DNA of 64,000 nucleotides, taken from NCBI GenBank assembly GCA_963791365.1, contig CAWBSG010000008.1:149950-213949 (forward strand). Reading direction: 5' to 3'. The position numbers and the translations under genes are program-made. The stretch is from an uncultured Actinomycetota bacterium (GTDB lineage: Bacteria; Actinomycetota; Actinomycetes; Propionibacteriales; Nocardioidaceae). The notes under the pieces were generated by a model. The model saw only the letters and a program-made list of their open reading frames with translations, was not told the DNA's origin and did no database searches. Of the stretch, positions 59,959-64,000 are shown one piece after another (the first letter of the stretch is position 1; each line of letters starts with the position of its first letter).

Positions 59959-60699
59959 TCAGCCGCGGTCGAGGCCGACCTTCACCAGCGTCGCGTGGAG
60001 GCGTACGGACAGCGCGGCGATCTCCGAGGTGGCATCGTCGGCCCGACCGCGTGCGGCCGCGTCGCGTCCCCGCGCGAGCGGGGCGACGACCTGCTGGACG
60101 AGACCGACCTCGCGGTCGGCGGAGGTCTTGAAGGCGCGCAGGTGACGCGGCTCGAAGCCGAACTCGGCCAGCTCGCGGGCGGTCTGCGCGACCACCAGGG
60201 CGTCGCTGTCGAAGTGGCCGGTGCCGGTGCGGGCGCTGATCAGGCCGAACTGCTCGAGCTGCGCGAGGAGCTCCTCGGAGATGTCGGCGACCTTGAGCAG
60301 CTCGCGGCGCGAGAGGCGTAGGTCGCTGGTGCGACGGAACGACTCGGGGCTCGGTAGGCCGTCGGAGCTCAGCGCGACCTTCGGCACGGTCGGCACCACG
60401 GACTCGATCGCCGGGGGCTCGAGACCGCGGTCGATCGCGTCGAGGTGGTCGCCGATCACCTTCAGCGGCAGGTAGTGGTCGCGCTGCATCAGCAGGATGT
60501 AGCGCAGCCGGGCGACGTCGTCGCCGGAGAACTTGCGGTAGCCGGCGGCGGTGCGCTCGGGCTTGACCAGCCCCTGGTCCTCGAGGAACCGGATCTTGGG
60601 GATCGTCACCCCGGGGAAGTCGGACCGGAGCTGGTCGAGCACCTGCCCGATGTTGTAGCGGGCGCCGCGACTCGCGCCGGCGGGCGTCGAGGCACTCAA
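59959..60699 (-). CDS. MerR family transcriptional regulator (Rv1828-like)
   Basis: YNIGQVLDQLRSDFPGVTIPKIRFLEDQGLVKPERTAAGYRKFSGDDVARLRYIL. TTG start at 60699. Confidence 0.85.
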   Translation of the reverse strand: MSASTPAGASRGARYNIGQVLDQLRSDFPGVTIPKIRFLEDQGLVKPERTAAGYRKFSGDDVARLRYILLMQRDHYLPLKVIGDHLDAIDRGLEPPAIESVVPTVPKVALSSDGLPSPESFRRTSDLRLSRRELLKVADISEELLAQLEQFGLISARTGTGHFDSDALVVAQTARELAEFGFEPRHLRAFKTSADREVGLVQQVVAPLARGRDAAARGRADDATSEIAALSVRLHATLVKVGLDRG

Positions 60700-60703
60700 C
60701 GGC

Positions 60704-61231
60704 TCAGCTGACCGGGTGGGAGGAGAAGAACACCAGGCGGTACTTGCCGATCTGGACCTCGTCGCCGTCGTTGAGCGAGACGGAGTCGATCCGGTCGCGG
60801 TTCACGTAGGTGCCGTTGAGGCTCCCCACGTCGCTGACGGTGTATCCGGCGCTCGTACGCCGGAACTCGGCGTGCCGACGCGACACGGTGACGTCGTCGA
60901 GGAAGATCCCGCTGTCGGGGTGGCGGCCCGCGCCGACCACCTCGGTGTCGAGGAGGAAGCGGCTGCCCGCGCTCGGACCTCGCTGCACGACCAGGAGGGC
61001 GTGGCCCTCCGGGAGGGCGTCCACGGCCGCGGCGTCGACCGGGCTGAGCTGGCGGTCGGACGACTCGCGCTGGTCGGGGACCCCGAAGGTGATCGTCGCA
61101 GTGGACTCGACCGGGCTCGCCCCGACGGGCGTGGCGCCGGTGTCTTCCCCGGCGAGCAGCTTGGTGCCGCACTGGGCACAGAAGCGTGCATCGTCAGGGT
61201 TCTGCTTGCCACAGGCGGTGCAGAACGGCAT
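60704..61231 (-). CDS. garA: FHA-domain protein (GarA/OdhI-like) with N-terminal zinc ribbon
   Basis: C-terminal FHA (GRHPDSGIFLDDVTVSRRHAEF...SLNGTYVN), a Thr-rich segment ESTATITFG resembling the ETTS phospho-motif, and N-terminal CTACGKQNPDDARFCAQCG. Confidence 0.85.
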   Translation of the reverse strand: MPFCTACGKQNPDDARFCAQCGTKLLAGEDTGATPVGASPVESTATITFGVPDQRESSDRQLSPVDAAAVDALPEGHALLVVQRGPSAGSRFLLDTEVVGAGRHPDSGIFLDDVTVSRRHAEFRRTSAGYTVSDVGSLNGTYVNRDRIDSVSLNDGDEVQIGKYRLVFFSSHPVS

Positions 61232-61303
61232 GGAAACTCCTCGACGGATCGACGCTCAACCCTCAGCCGAGAGTTGAGGTTGACGGTTGTCACGAACCTA
61301 TCA

Positions 61304-61326
61304 GCCGCACCACGTCGTGGTGCGGC
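61304..61326 (-). terminator. 10-bp perfect stem-loop GCCGCACCAC-GTC-GTGGTGCGGC after gcvH
   Basis: Seen directly, 15 nt downstream of the gcvH stop on the minus strand. Confidence 0.55.
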
Positions 61327-61340
61327 CGACGCAGCCCACG

Positions 61341-61727
61341 TCAGCCAGCGATGCTCGCCTGGTAGGCGGCCGCGTCCATCAGGCCGTCCACCTGGGAGGC
61401 GTCGGCGACGCTGACCTCGAAGAGCCACCCGGCCTCGTAGGGGTCGCTGTTGACCAGCTCGGGCGTCGAGTCGAGCGCGGAGTTGGTCGCCACCACCTCG
61501 CCCGTGACCGGGGCGTAGATGTCGCTGACGGACTTGGTCGACTCGAGCTCGCCGCAGGTGTCACCTGCCGTCACGCTGTCGCCGACCTGCGGGAGGGAGA
61601 CGTACACGATGTCGCCGAGGGCGTCCTGCGCGAAGTCGGTGATGCCGATGCGGACCGAGCCCTCGGCGTCACCGGGGGTGCGGACCCACTCGTGCTCGCT
61701 GGTGTACTTCAGGTTCTCCGGATACAC
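61341..61727 (-). CDS. gcvH: glycine cleavage system H protein
   Basis: Lipoyl-lysine motif [13 protein letters not shown] in a 128-aa protein. Confidence 0.95.
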   Translation of the reverse strand: MYPENLKYTSEHEWVRTPGDAEGSVRIGITDFAQDALGDIVYVSLPQVGDSVTAGDTCGELESTKSVSDIYAPVTGEVVATNSALDSTPELVNSDPYEAGWLFEVSVADASQVDGLMDAAAYQASIAG

Positions 61728-61769
61728 GGTGGGCTCCTCCTGGTGTGGTTCGGTGCGACTGTCGGCAGG

Positions 61770-62555
61770 CTACTGGCCGCCGTCGAGCTCTGCGTACTCA
61801 GGTCGGGAGGACTCCCGCACGCTGGTGATCTCGACCGACTCGAGGTCCTCGATGCCGACCGTGGCGCCGTCGTCGGTCTGCAGGGTCTCCACGGGACCGC
61901 TGGAGAAGGTGAGCGCCGTACGCAGCAGGTGCCGGTCGCCGATGACCTCCAGGACGTAGGGCGGCTCGAGGAGCTGGCCGTCGAGCTCGATCCCGCCGAC
62001 GGCGTCCTCGAAGTGGCTGTCGGCGCCCAGCCGGATCGAGTCGTTGAACTCCATCGCCTCGGCGCCCGCGGTGCGCAGCTCCTGCACGGTGTCGAGGAGC
62101 GCCCCGACGGAGACCCGGCTGGTGCTCTCGGTGATCGTGACCTTCAGCCCCTGACCGGTGACGGGCACCAGGCCCGCCACGATGTTGAGCGTGCGGACGC
62201 GCTGCTGGGCCTCCTCGAGGGCAGCGGCGCGGCGCGTGCTCTCGTCGAGGAGCTCCTCGCGGCGGTCCTCGAGGCGGTCGACCTCGCGACGTGCGCGCTC
62301 GGCGGTGCCGGTGAGGCCGTCGAGGACCTGGATCAGCTCGGCCTCGCGCAGCCCGGCGTAGGTGTCGTTCGCTGCGGTGTTGCGCACCTGCACGATGAAG
62401 GCGAACCCCAGGACGGCCAGCAGCACCGCCACCACCGCCTGCCGGCGGGACGGCTGCGCGAGCCCTCTCCGCACCCGCGCCTCGGACGGATCCCGGTCCG
62501 GCCCGCGGTGCTGCGGCGACGTGCTCGGTGCGGGGTCGGGGGTGCGGTCAGGCAT
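61770..62555 (-). CDS. DUF881 domain-containing membrane protein
   Basis: N-terminal TM, a coiled coil, and GPGL/GQGLKVTI...ELRTAGAEAM...GIELDG patterns typical of DUF881. Confidence 0.8.
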   Translation of the reverse strand: MPDRTPDPAPSTSPQHRGPDRDPSEARVRRGLAQPSRRQAVVAVLLAVLGFAFIVQVRNTAANDTYAGLREAELIQVLDGLTGTAERARREVDRLEDRREELLDESTRRAAALEEAQQRVRTLNIVAGLVPVTGQGLKVTITESTSRVSVGALLDTVQELRTAGAEAMEFNDSIRLGADSHFEDAVGGIELDGQLLEPPYVLEVIGDRHLLRTALTFSSGPVETLQTDDGATVGIEDLESVEITSVRESSRPEYAELDGGQ

Positions 62556-62880
62556 GGAACACGTGCCTGCGGATCGCCGCGACGTTGGAGAAGATGCGGA
62601 TGCCGAGGACGACGACCACCCCGGTCGTCAGCTGGGCACCGACACCGAGCTGGTCGCCGAGGTAGACGATCGCCGCTGCGATGACGACGTTGCTCACGAA
62701 CGAGACGACGAAGACCTTGTCGTCGAAGATGCCGTCGAGGTAGGCGCGCAGGCCGCCGAAGACGGCGTCGAGCGCCGCCACGACCGCGATCGGCAGGTAG
62801 TTCTGCAGGCCGAGCGGCACGTCGGGGGCGAAGAGCAGCCCGGCGATGATGCCGAGCAGCAGACCCAGCGCAGCGATCAC
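62548..62880 (-). CDS. small basic family protein (DUF1290)
   Basis: A 110-aa protein with 3-4 TM segments, sandwiched between two DUF881 genes as in other actinobacteria. Confidence 0.8.
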   Translation of the reverse strand: MIAALGLLLGIIAGLLFAPDVPLGLQNYLPIAVVAALDAVFGGLRAYLDGIFDDKVFVVSFVSNVVIAAAIVYLGDQLGVGAQLTTGVVVVLGIRIFSNVAAIRRHVFHA

Positions 62881-63761
62881 GGCGCGCTCCCCTCCCCTTC
62901 TCCGATGCCCTCGGGATCGGCGTTCAGCTCGATCACATCACGCAGCGGCCGCTCCGGGGCAGCAGGCAGGCGGATGTCGTCGAGGTTCTCGGCGCGATAG
63001 ATCATGTCGAGCCCGTTGACCAGCACGAACCACGCCTGTCCCTCGCTGGTCTGGAGCAGCCTCGCCTGCAGCGTGTCGCGGTCGCCGATGGCCGAGACGA
63101 CGTACGGCGCGAGGACCGGCCGGCCGTTGACGTGGACCGCGCGGCCGGTGTTGCGGATCCCGCCGAGGGCGTTGACCCGCTGTTGGTTGATCGCCACGGC
63201 TTCGGCGCCGGCCGCCCACAGGCCGTCGACCAGCGTCGCCAGGTCCTCGTCGCGGATCTCGTTGTTGACGTCGACGCCGGGCCGGTTGTCCACCGTGATC
63301 TGCACGCCCGGCCCGCGCACCGCGGCGAAGCCGGTGTTGAGCTCGGCCCGGCGGACCCGGGCGCCGATGCCGTCCAGCTGCCCCTGGACGGTCGTGCTGT
63401 TGCTCGCCACGTCCTGGTTGGCGCGGGTGACCTGCGCGACGTCGCGCTGGAGGTCGGCGAGCTGGTCGCTCTGCGACTCGATGCGCTCGACCAGCGCCGC
63501 CCGGCTCAGCTCGTTCACCCCGGCCTCGCGGTCGGTCTGGGCGGCGACGGCCGCGGCCATCACCCCCAGGGCCGCGACGGCGGCGAGGCTCAGCCAGTGG
63601 GGGCGCGACCTCGGCGTCGGGGTCTCCCCCGCCGCCGCTCGCTTCTGCGCGACGTGGGCGTAGTCCTCGTCCATGGATCGCGCGGTGATGAGGGTGAGCA
63701 GCGGGGTCGTGACGTGCTCGGGCAGCTGTCGGTCGGGGGCCCGATCCCGCGTCTCAGCCAT
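62877..63761 (-). CDS. DUF881 domain-containing membrane protein
   Basis: VRGPGVQITVDN...LWAAGAEAVAINQQRV...HVNGRPVLAPYVVSAIGD. Confidence 0.8.
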   Translation of the reverse strand: MAETRDRAPDRQLPEHVTTPLLTLITARSMDEDYAHVAQKRAAAGETPTPRSRPHWLSLAAVAALGVMAAAVAAQTDREAGVNELSRAALVERIESQSDQLADLQRDVAQVTRANQDVASNSTTVQGQLDGIGARVRRAELNTGFAAVRGPGVQITVDNRPGVDVNNEIRDEDLATLVDGLWAAGAEAVAINQQRVNALGGIRNTGRAVHVNGRPVLAPYVVSAIGDRDTLQARLLQTSEGQAWFVLVNGLDMIYRAENLDDIRLPAAPERPLRDVIELNADPEGIGEGEGSAP

Positions 63762-64000
63762 GGTCGTTCACCGCCGACGTACGCCTGGGGGTGTCGCGCA
63801 GCAGCGTGCGGACCTGCCAGGCGTAGAGCACGCCGGCCCACCAGTAGAGACCGATCCCCCACCACGCGAAGGCCCAGCCGAACGTGCGGGCGAGAGTGGC
63901 GACGATGCCGTCGCCCTCGCCGAGCAGGAGCAGCGGGAAGGCGTAGAGGAGGTTGAACGTCGCCGCCTTGCCGAGGAAGTGGACCGGCAGTGCGGAGAAT
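63754..64000 (-). CDS. pgsA: CDP-alcohol phosphatidyltransferase family protein, C-terminal fragment (5' end off the window)
   Basis: My own translation: ...FLGKAATFNLLYAFPLLLLGEGDGIVATLARTFGWAFAWWGIGLYWWAGVLYAWQVRTLLRD...*. Hydrophobic PgsA-like C-terminus. Overlaps the DUF881 start by 8 nt. Confidence 0.65.
   Translation of the reverse strand, partial: FSALPVHFLGKAATFNLLYAFPLLLLGEGDGIVATLARTFGWAFAWWGIGLYWWAGVLYAWQVRTLLRDTPRRTSAVNDHG

Overview
This is a high-GC (about 70% or more by eye) actinobacterial chromosomal segment. Gene content and synteny look Nocardioides/Propionibacteriales-like, but no search was run. Two conserved blocks match my memory of the Mycobacterium tuberculosis Rv1822-Rv1832 and Rv2050-Rv2051c neighbourhoods: gcvH-garA-MerR-BFN-MerR-(glycine riboswitch)-gcvP with DUF881/DUF1290/pgsA, and lnt-ppm1-fxsA-rbpA.

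Most of the window is densely packed core genome, with many ATGA/GTGA start-stop overlaps. Main contents:
- helY, a 5'-3' exonuclease and an Lrp regulator.
- A beta-lysine (lysine 2,3- and 5,6-aminomutase) catabolic cluster.
- An XRE-HTH::MurA fusion gene.
- A run of genotoxin/antibiotic-response genes: a YcaQ/AlkZ-like glycosylase, a UvrA paralog, HelR with an upstream rifamycin-associated-element-like palindrome, and an MFS pump.
- A small lower-GC islet carrying an RHH-Doc toxin-antitoxin pair coupled to a stand-alone LigD phosphoesterase domain.
- sbcCD, tldD/pmbA, an SPFH(YdjI-like)/zinc-ribbon membrane cluster, and gcvP.

I recognised no rRNA, tRNA, CRISPR array, cas gene, transposase, integrase or prophage.

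Points worth a second look:
- Two families of highly structured intergenic repeats. One family brackets an AbiEi/DUF559-type gene as an inverted pair.
- Four disrupted reading frames: helR and sbcC each need a +1 frameshift, a lipoprotein cyclophilin has an in-frame TGA, and a DinB-family gene is decayed across several frames. These are either real gene decay or indel errors in the assembly.
- Two plausible small CDSs that fall below the ORF-track cutoff.

All family assignments are by eye from motifs. Coordinates of internal starts were checked by frame arithmetic against the supplied ORF track.
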